A stretch of DNA of 64,000 nt, taken from Sulfolobaceae archaeon (lineage in GTDB: Archaea; Thermoproteota; Thermoprotei_A; Sulfolobales; Sulfolobaceae). The position numbers and the translations under genes were made by a program. The stretch covers positions 64,001 to 128,000 of the forward strand of contig JAWARQ010000005.1 of NCBI GenBank assembly GCA_038893355.1. Reading direction: 5' to 3'. This document shows positions 35,990 through 43,776 of the stretch, piece by piece; the stretch's first letter is position 1; each line of letters opens with the position of its first letter. The notes under the pieces were generated by a model. It searched no databases. It had not been told where the DNA came from and was given only the letters and a program-made list of their open reading frames with translations.

Positions 35990-36265
35990 CTAGAAGCCTA
36001 ATCTAGTTATATTAATAACTTCAGCATGACTAACTCCTTGAACACTATTCACTAGTTCTTCTAGTTGTTCAGTTCCTCCTTCAGTTTGTTCTGGTAATGT
36101 TATAAACAAGACTAAGGCTTTTAATCCAAATGCAATCGGTTCTGTTTCAGTCTTTATTATCTTATACTCCTTTGGTAATTTACTCGAGATTTCCTTTACT
36201 AAGTCATCTAATTTTACTTCATCTCCTTCTGGAAATACTTTTAAAACTACTAATACCTCTGCCAA
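35990..36265 (-). CDS. ef1b: Elongation factor 1-beta
   Basis: EPIAFGLKAL motif; GGTGA SD 6 nt before TTG. Confidence 0.93.
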   Translation of the reverse strand: MAEVLVVLKVFPEGDEVKLDDLVKEISSKLPKEYKIIKTETEPIAFGLKALVLFITLPEQTEGGTEQLEELVNSVQGVSHAEVINITRLGF

Positions 36266-36279
36266 TGCTCTTCACCTTG

Positions 36280-36480
36280 TTAAGGCCCTTCAAAACCACA
36301 TTTGGGGCAAATATACGTTATACCCTGTTTTCTACAACTAGCACACCTTATTATCTCTATATCACCACAATTAGGGCATCTAAACATAACTGATTTTTCC
36401 CTTGGATGAATTATCTTTCCGCAACTTGAACATATTAGTGGAAGTATTTCTTCTTTTAGACTGAGTTTTATCCCACTCAT
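36280..36480 (-). CDS. Small Zn-ribbon protein (DUF1610/HVO_2753-like)
   Basis: CSSC, F.CPNCG, RC.SCR and [10 protein letters not shown] motifs; typical position upstream of ef1b. Confidence 0.88.
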   Translation of the reverse strand: MSGIKLSLKEEILPLICSSCGKIIHPREKSVMFRCPNCGDIEIIRCASCRKQGITYICPKCGFEGP

Positions 36481-36519
36481 TATTAAATCCTCATAGTAAA
36501 GTTACATATTGGTTAATAA

Positions 36520-36879
36520 ATGAAAATGGTAATTGTTGTTAGGCAAGATATCGAGATGGGTAAGGGAAAAATTGCAGCGCAAGTAGCCCATGCAGCAGTT
36601 AACTTAATTTTAGAGATTATGGAGGGGAATGAGAAAGAATGGAAGAAATGGCTAGATGAGTGGCTTAAGGAGGGGCAACCTAAAATTGTGCTTAAGGTTA
36701 GTTCTCTAGATGAGCTATTAAGAAGGTATGAAAAGGCGAAAGAGAAAGGTCTCCCAACAGTAATTATAGAAGATGCTGGAAAAACTCAATTAGAACCAGG
36801 GACTATAACATGTATTGGAATAGGTCCTGCACCGAATGAAGAAGTAGACAAAATAACGGGTGATTTAAAATTACTCTGA
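36520..36879 (+). CDS. pth2: Peptidyl-tRNA hydrolase Pth2
   Basis: MGKGKIAAQVAHA, DAGKTQ, GIGP and TGDLKLL motifs. Confidence 0.96.
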   Translation: MKMVIVVRQDIEMGKGKIAAQVAHAAVNLILEIMEGNEKEWKKWLDEWLKEGQPKIVLKVSSLDELLRRYEKAKEKGLPTVIIEDAGKTQLEPGTITCIGIGPAPNEEVDKITGDLKLL

Positions 36880-36908
36880 ATGTTCATCAGATAGATATAT
36901 CTATAGGT

Positions 36909-38009
36909 ATGGAAGTATATTACAGAGAAGATTGGGATGAGATAAAGGATGCAAGGATTCCTAGACCGGAAGGTTTTGAAGTAATCGAGGAAGTAAATGA
37001 TAAACCTTGTACTGAATGGAAAGGAGAAAGATTAGGAAAATATGCTGTATTCTTATTAACTAAGAGAAGTGCTGAACATTTTTATGTAATTCAAGAATTA
37101 TCTAAGTTATTACAAAATAGAGTACACTCGATTGGGATAAAGGATACTAATGCAATAACACATCAGTTAGTTTATGTAATTACTAATGGGGAAGAGCCTA
37201 AAGTAAAAGAATATGTTCATAATAATTTTCAAATAAAATTTTTAGGATTTTCAAATAAAAAGTTTTATCATAATGGTAATACATTTATAATAAATATTGA
37301 AACTAGCCAGATAGATGAGATAAAAAGAAGAATAAAGGAATTATCAAAGGATCCTTTCCTTCCTTCATTTATAGGTTACCAAAGATTTGGTACAGTAAGG
37401 CCTACTACACACTTAGTAGGAAAAATGATACTAGAGAGAAGATGGTGTGAAGCTTTGGATCTAGTATTATCATTTCCATATTTTTCTGAATCAGAAATAA
37501 TGAGAAAATTTAGAAAATTAGTATCTGAAAGAAAATATGAAGAGGCTCTAGAAATTTTACCAAATAAATTTAGACAGGAAAGAATTTTATTAAAAAATTA
37601 TATTAAATTTAATAACTGCTTTAAAGCACTAAAAACTAGTACAATACCACTAAGGTTTTATGCTGAAGCTTATCAGAGTTACTTATTTAATAAATATTTA
37701 TCAAGAAAAATTGAAGAATTACGAAAAATAGAAAATAAAGAAGATAAAATAATAACTTTGCCAATATACTTTAATGAGTGTGACGAGATTTGCAGAGAGA
37801 TTTATATTGAAGAAGGGATAGAGAGAGACTATTTCAATTTAAAAATATTGAAAATTAAACTCTCGCCTATTAAAAGAAAAGCTTTTATGAGAATAAAAAA
37901 CATAAAATATGATGAAAATAATAAAATTATATTTAGCTTAGATAGGGGAATGTATGCTACAGTAGTTATTAGAGAATTAATTAAAGGGGATCCTAGAAGG
38001 TTTACTTAG
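36909..38009 (+). CDS. truD: tRNA pseudouridine(13) synthase (true start possibly 36870/36876)
   Basis: [21 protein letters not shown] and [10 protein letters not shown] motifs. Confidence 0.9.
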   Translation: MEVYYREDWDEIKDARIPRPEGFEVIEEVNDKPCTEWKGERLGKYAVFLLTKRSAEHFYVIQELSKLLQNRVHSIGIKDTNAITHQLVYVITNGEEPKVKEYVHNNFQIKFLGFSNKKFYHNGNTFIINIETSQIDEIKRRIKELSKDPFLPSFIGYQRFGTVRPTTHLVGKMILERRWCEALDLVLSFPYFSESEIMRKFRKLVSERKYEEALEILPNKFRQERILLKNYIKFNNCFKALKTSTIPLRFYAEAYQSYLFNKYLSRKIEELRKIENKEDKIITLPIYFNECDEICREIYIEEGIERDYFNLKILKIKLSPIKRKAFMRIKNIKYDENNKIIFSLDRGMYATVVIRELIKGDPRRFT

Positions 38010-39295
38010 GGTACTAATCTTCTCTTATCTCGTGGGAACAATACTATTTCCTTAACATTTTGTAAACCAGTGAACATGAGCATTAGCCTAGCCAGTCCCA
38101 TTCCAAATCCAGCATGTGGTGGCATTCCATATCTAAACCATTTTAAGAAGAAATCGAAATTCTCAGGATTTAATCCCCTTTCCCTCATAGCTTTTTCTAA
38201 GACTTCTCTTTTATGGTTCCTAGTACTTCCTGACGCTATTTCAACCCATGTATATATTAAATCAAAACTTTCACTTAAACTTGGGTTATCGTCCTTTGCC
38301 TTAGTATAGAATGGCCTAGTAATTGTTGGCCAGTCTATAATAAAGTACAACTCTTCGTTTAATTCTTTGTGAATTATCCTTAACTCTGGAGTCCCTATAT
38401 CATCACCGAACTTCACATTATAACCTTTATTCTTTAAAATTTCTAACGCCTCACTATATGTTATTCTCTTAATAGGTAATTTGACTTCAGGGAGTTTATG
38501 ATTAAGTATACTCAATTCTTCTTTACATTCCTTATTCACGTTATTTACCATATTATATATTATCTCTTCTAAAATCTTCATTACATCATTATAATTTGCA
38601 AAAGCCATTTCAACGTCCATGCTTATAAACTCTGACAGATGATAAGGAGTATCTGATTCTTCTGCCCTCCATGCAGGTGCTATTTCGAAAACCCTTTCTG
38701 CTGCACCAGCTAGTAACTCCTTATATAACTGTGGACTTTGTGCTAAAAATGCAGTTTTCCCAAAATATATTACTGAGAATAATTGAGCACCGCCTTCAGT
38801 TGCTGCTGCAATTATTTTTGGAGTAAAAATTTCAATAAACCCGTGTTTATATAAGACCTCTCTAAATGTTCTTACTACAACATTTTGTATTTTTAATACA
38901 GCTAACATTTCTAACCTTCTTAAATCTAACACCCTCTCCCTCAATCTAGTCTCTAAATCTGCCTTAACTTTCCCTGAAACGTCTAGCGGCAATGGAGAAT
39001 CTGCAAGATTAATTACTTCTATCTCTTCTGCATGTATTTCAGCACCTCTAGGCGCCCTAGGATCCGCCTTAACTTTCCCTTTTACCACTATTACACTTTC
39101 TTGAGTCAGATCTTCAACTCTCTCAAATGATTTAACACTTTTATCTACAACTATCTGACCAATCCCACTCGCATCTCTTAATATTATGAACTTTTTACCG
39201 CCTAAGTCTCTAATTAAATGAACCCATCCAGCTACTACTACTGTTTCTCCATTTAGTTCTGGTTTTATTTGAGATATAAAATGAGTCTTAAGCAC
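38006..39295 (-). CDS. aspS: Aspartate--tRNA(Asp/Asn) ligase, non-discriminating type
   Basis: [22 protein letters not shown] and [12 protein letters not shown] motifs; His and L1-loop Pro typical of ND-AspRS. Confidence 0.95.
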   Translation of the reverse strand: MLKTHFISQIKPELNGETVVVAGWVHLIRDLGGKKFIILRDASGIGQIVVDKSVKSFERVEDLTQESVIVVKGKVKADPRAPRGAEIHAEEIEVINLADSPLPLDVSGKVKADLETRLRERVLDLRRLEMLAVLKIQNVVVRTFREVLYKHGFIEIFTPKIIAAATEGGAQLFSVIYFGKTAFLAQSPQLYKELLAGAAERVFEIAPAWRAEESDTPYHLSEFISMDVEMAFANYNDVMKILEEIIYNMVNNVNKECKEELSILNHKLPEVKLPIKRITYSEALEILKNKGYNVKFGDDIGTPELRIIHKELNEELYFIIDWPTITRPFYTKAKDDNPSLSESFDLIYTWVEIASGSTRNHKREVLEKAMRERGLNPENFDFFLKWFRYGMPPHAGFGMGLARLMLMFTGLQNVKEIVLFPRDKRRLVP

Positions 39296-39826
39296 TTAAT
39301 CCACCTTTATTCTTACTTGAACTGAATGAATCTTTGATAATGCTGACTCTAAAATATTTGAATCTGCCGGAAGTAGTCTCCTTTCATTTTTAGAGATCCT
39401 TACTACATACTGTACAGTACCGTCTGGTAGCCATACAGTGTTTACTCCAAGTACTCTAGCTGGAGTTAATAATTGGGTTGCAGTGTCCTTAATATTACTT
39501 GTCCTTTCTAATATTCTTACCTTTACATTATACTTTTCTTGCAATATTCTCGCAATCTTTATCCATTTATATTGAGTCATAGAAGGACCACTAGATACTA
39601 TTATTATCAATAAGTTATCTACCTTGTAAGCCTTATGATAAACTGAGTCCCTTAATTCTTTAAATTCTTTTTCCTCTAACTCCAAAAAAGTTTTTAATAA
39701 ATCTACTTCAAATTGCTCTACCTGACCGCTATTTACAAGAGATTCACAGCGATTACATAAAAGACCACTCCTCACGCATACATAATCAAGTGGTATTTTC
39801 ATGTTATTCGCACTCCATAACCGCAA
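39296..39826 (-). CDS. nusA: NusA-like KH-domain transcription factor paralog (likely start 39802)
   Basis: KIPLD..C..SG.LC..C N-terminus; [14 protein letters not shown]. Confidence 0.8.
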   Translation of the reverse strand: MRLWSANNMKIPLDYVCVRSGLLCNRCESLVNSGQVEQFEVDLLKTFLELEEKEFKELRDSVYHKAYKVDNLLIIIVSSGPSMTQYKWIKIARILQEKYNVKVRILERTSNIKDTATQLLTPARVLGVNTVWLPDGTVQYVVRISKNERRLLPADSNILESALSKIHSVQVRIKVD

Positions 39827-39869
39827 TACTTTTGAATTGAACTCATATATATGATCAGGGGTTAAAAAA

Positions 39870-40040
39870 ATGCCACTTACTGATCCAGCAAAACTTCAGA
39901 TAGTACATCAACGAGTTTTTCTCAAAAAAGTATGTAGAAAATGTGGTGCTTTAAACTCGTTAAGAGCAACTAAGTGTAGGAGATGTCATAGTAAAAATTT
40001 AAGGCCAAAGAAGAAAGAATTGCCTGCAAAGAAATCATAA
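39870..40040 (+). CDS. rpl40e: 50S ribosomal protein L40e (56 aa; absent from ORF track)
   Basis: Manual translation: [56 protein letters not shown]. Confidence 0.95.
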   Translation: MPLTDPAKLQIVHQRVFLKKVCRKCGALNSLRATKCRRCHSKNLRPKKKELPAKKS

Positions 40041-40050
40041 CAAGTTTTTA

Positions 40051-40617
40051 TTACTCCTTCGGTCTTATTCCTACTATAATCAATCTATCCCTTATACTTT
40101 TAGCATTTTCTTCAAACAAATCTACATTAGACCATAAATACTGTACATCTATCTTAAGTTTACCTTCACTGACTAAGTACACAATAGTTCTTAATTCATC
40201 CTCGTCTTCCTCTCTGAAAGCATTAGCTTTAAGTAAAATATAATCTTCTAATCTAACACTTTTAAATTCCTTATTATCAATTTTTATTATTATTGAATTA
40301 TCTATTATTTTTTGAGGAACATAAAAATCTTGGAAATTTTCGTAAAAATCGATTTGAATTTCGTAATCATCAAAATTTGCTATGATTCTAGGAGTATCAA
40401 TTGGAGTTTTTCCAAAATCCCAACCATTTTTATATGCAAATTCTCTAATCCTATCTTCCTCGAAAATAGGACTAATGGATAAGGTAAATATATCCACATC
40501 ACTTTCAGTTCCCTTTCTGCCCAAACTTATATCAACTATAGTATCTCCAATTATTACAAAATCCGTAAGTGTCTTAACTTTTTCTAAAACCTCGCCAATA
40601 ATACTAAACGGTATCAC
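40051..40617 (-). CDS. Pol-beta superfamily nucleotidyltransferase-like protein
   Basis: IIGD...T.SDVD motif, third Asp in IDF, LLKA...R..D..D/E helix. Confidence 0.72.
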   Translation of the reverse strand: MIPFSIIGEVLEKVKTLTDFVIIGDTIVDISLGRKGTESDVDIFTLSISPIFEEDRIREFAYKNGWDFGKTPIDTPRIIANFDDYEIQIDFYENFQDFYVPQKIIDNSIIIKIDNKEFKSVRLEDYILLKANAFREEDEDELRTIVYLVSEGKLKIDVQYLWSNVDLFEENAKSIRDRLIIVGIRPKE

Positions 40618-40632
40618 TTACACCACCATATG

Positions 40633-40640
40633 TTTTTAAG
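40633..40640 (+). promoter_or_regulatory. TATA box of tRNA-Cys
   Basis: TTTTTAAG ending about 24 nt upstream of the tRNA 5' end. Confidence 0.5.
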
Positions 40641-40663
40641 GTCAGATTACAAATTAATAAATT

Positions 40664-40752
40664 GCCGGGGTGGCCGAGTGGTCTAAGGCGGCGGGCCGCA
40701 GTACCATTGCCGAGACCCGTTATTTTCGCGGGTTCGAATCCCGCCCCCGGCT
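40664..40752 (+). tRNA. tRNA-Cys(GCA) with 13-nt intron (about 40702-40714)
   Basis: Acceptor GCCGGGG/CCCCGGC, U73 discriminator, anticodon stem GCGGG/CCCGT, GCA at 40698-40700, T loop TTCGAAT. Confidence 0.88.
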
Positions 40753-40784
40753 TTGATTTTAATAATAATTGATCCAAAGTAAAA

Positions 40785-42413
40785 ATGATGAGTCAACCAA
40801 AAAGGAAAGAGGAAACGTTAGGTAAAGAAATGTCAGCAGATGAAGCAATAGCTTACGTACTTAAAGAGTATGGAATAAAAGTAGTACACTCTCCATATTA
40901 TGTACCTAATGTAATTAAGGAAAGATTTAAGCAATATGATATAAATTTTAAAGTCATGCCTACTAGTAGAGAAGCAATAATTATGGCTGATTCTTTTGCT
41001 AGGTTAAATAACGAATTAGGTGTGGCATTAATAATTCCCGGCTTTTATGTGCTAGAGGCTATGGATATAATAGCATTAGACTATCAAGATTCCATACCAT
41101 TATTAATTATATCATCGGTAAGGAATAGTAGGGATATAGGAAAATCAAGAATAGCAGAAACCAGGACACAAGATGATCTGAAAATATCTTTATCGCCTTT
41201 TGTAAAAACTTCAGAAAGAGTAACGAGCATTGAGGAAATAACCCAAGTTATAGAAAAAGGTTATAAAGAAGCATTAAGCAACAGACCAAGACCAGTACTG
41301 ATAGAAATAGGAGAAGAATTGTTTAGAATGAAGGCATATCCATTATCTACAGCAGGACAAAAACCAGAGAAGAAAACCCCAGATAAAAATACTGTAGCAA
41401 AAGCTGCTGAAGTGTTATTAAATTCAAAGAATCCAGTAATAATAGCTGGATATGGAGTTCTTTCAAGCTCCGCCACTGATGAATTAATTCAACTTGCAGA
41501 ATTATTAGATTGTCCCGTAATAACTACGATAAGGGCAAAGGGTGCAATTCCAGCAAGGCATCCTCTTTTTGCCGGAGAGGGTCTGGGCTTACTTGCAACA
41601 GAGATCTCTCATAACTTACTTACTAACTCAGATACCGTATTAGCAATAGGTACTAGATTTCCACAGCTATCATTAGGTACTACCAATATAAAATTCAACG
41701 GCTTTATAATTCATAATAATATCGATGGGGAGGAAATTGGAAAAGTAGTTATGCCACATTTACCAGTAGTTGCAGATACTAAGCTATTTTTGCGAGAATT
41801 ACTTAATATTATAAAATCTAAAATAAAAGAACCAATAAATAGAGGTGTTAAGGAGTTAATAAAGAGCAGTAAGAAAATAATAGAGCCTTCTAAGCACGAA
41901 GGTATATGGCCAGTTGATGTATTATTGTTACTATTAAATAACTATGAATACTCTAAAGTAGGGTTTGATATTAGTGCACCAACATTAGACTTAATAAGAC
42001 TACCAATAAATACCCCTGGGTCATGGATAACTACTGAGACTATGTTAGATGCTGGAATAGGAATAACTTCAGTATTATACTCAAATGATGAAAAGGCGTT
42101 AGCAATAACTAGTATTTCATCTACCCTCAAAATGCTATCAATATTACAATCTAACATTGATAAAATTAAGGGAAAAATTCTCATACTTAATGATGATAAC
42201 TCATCATATATAGACACTACTAAATCAGAGTCAATTCAAATAATTAAGAGTGGTTCTTATCAAAATTATGATACTATCCTAGAACGCACCTTAGGTGCAA
42301 TTACCGTAAAAGATGTATCACATCTTAAAGAAGCCTTATTAAATGAATCAAAATCAAAGGTAATAAATGTAAAAATCTCTTATGATTATAATTCAATAAT
42401 ATTAAGAAAGTAA
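40785..42413 (+). CDS. Acetolactate synthase-like TPP-binding fold protein, degenerate catalytic motifs
   Basis: AD.FAR, RPVLIEI, PVIIAGYG, KG.IP..HPLFAG and IGTRF motifs; no GDG motif. Confidence 0.8.
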   Translation: MMSQPKRKEETLGKEMSADEAIAYVLKEYGIKVVHSPYYVPNVIKERFKQYDINFKVMPTSREAIIMADSFARLNNELGVALIIPGFYVLEAMDIIALDYQDSIPLLIISSVRNSRDIGKSRIAETRTQDDLKISLSPFVKTSERVTSIEEITQVIEKGYKEALSNRPRPVLIEIGEELFRMKAYPLSTAGQKPEKKTPDKNTVAKAAEVLLNSKNPVIIAGYGVLSSSATDELIQLAELLDCPVITTIRAKGAIPARHPLFAGEGLGLLATEISHNLLTNSDTVLAIGTRFPQLSLGTTNIKFNGFIIHNNIDGEEIGKVVMPHLPVVADTKLFLRELLNIIKSKIKEPINRGVKELIKSSKKIIEPSKHEGIWPVDVLLLLLNNYEYSKVGFDISAPTLDLIRLPINTPGSWITTETMLDAGIGITSVLYSNDEKALAITSISSTLKMLSILQSNIDKIKGKILILNDDNSSYIDTTKSESIQIIKSGSYQNYDTILERTLGAITVKDVSHLKEALLNESKSKVINVKISYDYNSIILRK

Positions 42414-42424
42414 AAAATAGTATA

Positions 42425-42482
42425 AAAGTCAGAATTTCCAGCGGTCTTCATATCTCATGAGACCCTCTTTTCATCATCAAAA
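42425..42482 (-). ncRNA. Box C/D sRNA
   Basis: Minus strand reads ATGATGA-aaagagggtctc-ATGA-gat-ATGAAGA-ccgctggaaatt-CTGA; divergent from tRNA-Gly. Confidence 0.85.
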
Positions 42483-42492
42483 AGATTAAAAG
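42481..42492 (+). promoter_or_regulatory. BRE/TATA of tRNA-Gly
   Basis: AAAGATTAAAAG ending about 23 nt upstream of the tRNA 5' end. Confidence 0.45.
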
Positions 42493-42514
42493 TTTCTATT
42501 GTTTAATATTACTT

Positions 42515-42590
42515 GCGGCCGTCGTCTAGTCTGGTCTAGGACGCCGGCCTCCCAAGCCGGTAATCCCGGGTTCAAATCCCGGCGGCCGCA
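42515..42590 (+). tRNA. tRNA-Gly(CCC)
   Basis: GCGGCCG/CGGCCGC acceptor, CCGGC-CT-CCC-AA-GCCGG anticodon arm, TTCAAAT T loop; no intron. Confidence 0.96.
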
Positions 42591-42669
42591 TTGTGGGCTG
42601 AATTCTTTTTCCGCATTAATAGAAATCTCTTTATATTTGTTTATGTTACATTTCTATGACGAAAACGAT

Positions 42670-42815
42670 CTCTCATACCGATGTGGGTTATGCCAAAAAG
42701 GATGAAAGTCGCGGAGATGTAAGCCAAATGTCGTTTAGCTGAAGTAGCCTCACGATCCACCTATAAGGTGGTTGAGGGCTAAGTCCCTACACTTAATGAC
42801 AGTGTCGTCATTAGG
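42670..42815 (+). mobile_element. Probable decayed IS200/IS605-family (tnpB) 3' end remnant
   Basis: GC-richer island; frame-broken CGY...DEVA-like piece and HDP...WLRAKSL peptide resembling Sulfolobales TnpB tails (from memory); two hairpins. Confidence 0.45.
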
Positions 42816-43380
42816 ATATAAATTTATTAATTAGTGAGAACCCCCCATAAAGAGTAGATTCCAGATAAGGCTTTTGTATACCTTAGCTAGATATAAAAAT
42901 TTACATAATTATGACATTATGTACTATCTTCGTTCTAATCCCATTGAGAGGATAACGAGGTCATAATTTAGGTCAGAAAGATGACCCGAACATAAATAGT
43001 CCAATAAATATTACATGATAGAAATACTATATTAAAATTTTTATAATTAAAAATTATTTTATCTTTAATATAAAGAAAAATTAATATTTTATTATAATAT
43101 AAGATAATTTATTATAGAGAAAAACTGAATTTAAAAATATACTCTCATCTTTTATAAATTTATTTTTTCTTAATTCCTTATAAGTACTACTCAAGTTTTA
43201 ACTTAGATTTAAAATTCAAAACCTCGCAGAGTTTATGCTTACTTTTGAATAACCATTTATGAACTTGTCTATAGGTTTATTCAATTATTTACACTCGGTA
43301 CATTCTCTAGAGCTATAGTTTTAGTAATACCTAGAAATTATGATGGATTATATTAAATTAGTGAGAGCTAGGAGAAATAT

Positions 43381-43758
43381 ATGGCATGTCCTTATTACAA
43401 GTCAGGGTACTGTGTTTCACCATTACTTGAGAAGCCTGATAGTAATATTACTAGTGCATCTCGTTGTATCTATAACTTTAAGACTTGTAGATATTATGTT
43501 AATAATAATGAAAATGAAGGTGGCGTACTTGGAATGAATTCACAAGATTCTAAGAAGCAATATAAATTTAACTTTTACGCGGCAGTTAATAAATTAGATG
43601 AACAGCCTAAAAGTGGTTGTGAGTTCTTTACAACATTTAAGAGTAATGGTGGTTATGTAGTAAAATGTAAAATTCTAGATAGACTAATTACTTCAACTCA
43701 AATCCAACTGTGCGTGAAGTACTGGACGAATTGTCCGCTTAGAAAAATGGTAGAATAA
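43381..43758 (+). CDS. Cys-rich conserved hypothetical protein
   Basis: CPYY...C ... C....TC.YY and CEFF...C ... C..YW..CP; 8 Cys in two similar modules. Confidence 0.75.
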   Translation: MACPYYKSGYCVSPLLEKPDSNITSASRCIYNFKTCRYYVNNNENEGGVLGMNSQDSKKQYKFNFYAAVNKLDEQPKSGCEFFTTFKSNGGYVVKCKILDRLITSTQIQLCVKYWTNCPLRKMVE

Positions 43759-43776
43759 TCAATCATCATTGTTCTA

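Noticed and set aside
40691-40720. Alternative reading of the intron-containing tRNA as Ser(CGA) or Leu(GAG)
   Set aside because: No long variable arm; U73 discriminator and body sequence fit tRNA-Cys
40785-40845. ATGATGA at the start of the ALS-like gene as a C box
   Set aside because: Explained by Met-Met-Ser codons; no properly spaced C'/D boxes
42499-42705. 68-aa ORF
   Set aside because: Overlaps the tRNA-Gly gene; spurious
42838-43200. G-string plus AT-rich tract as a replication origin
   Set aside because: No repeated ORB elements with correct spacing and no orc1/cdc6/whiP gene nearby
43340-43537. 65-aa ORF
   Set aside because: Alternate frame of the Cys-rich 43381-43758 gene
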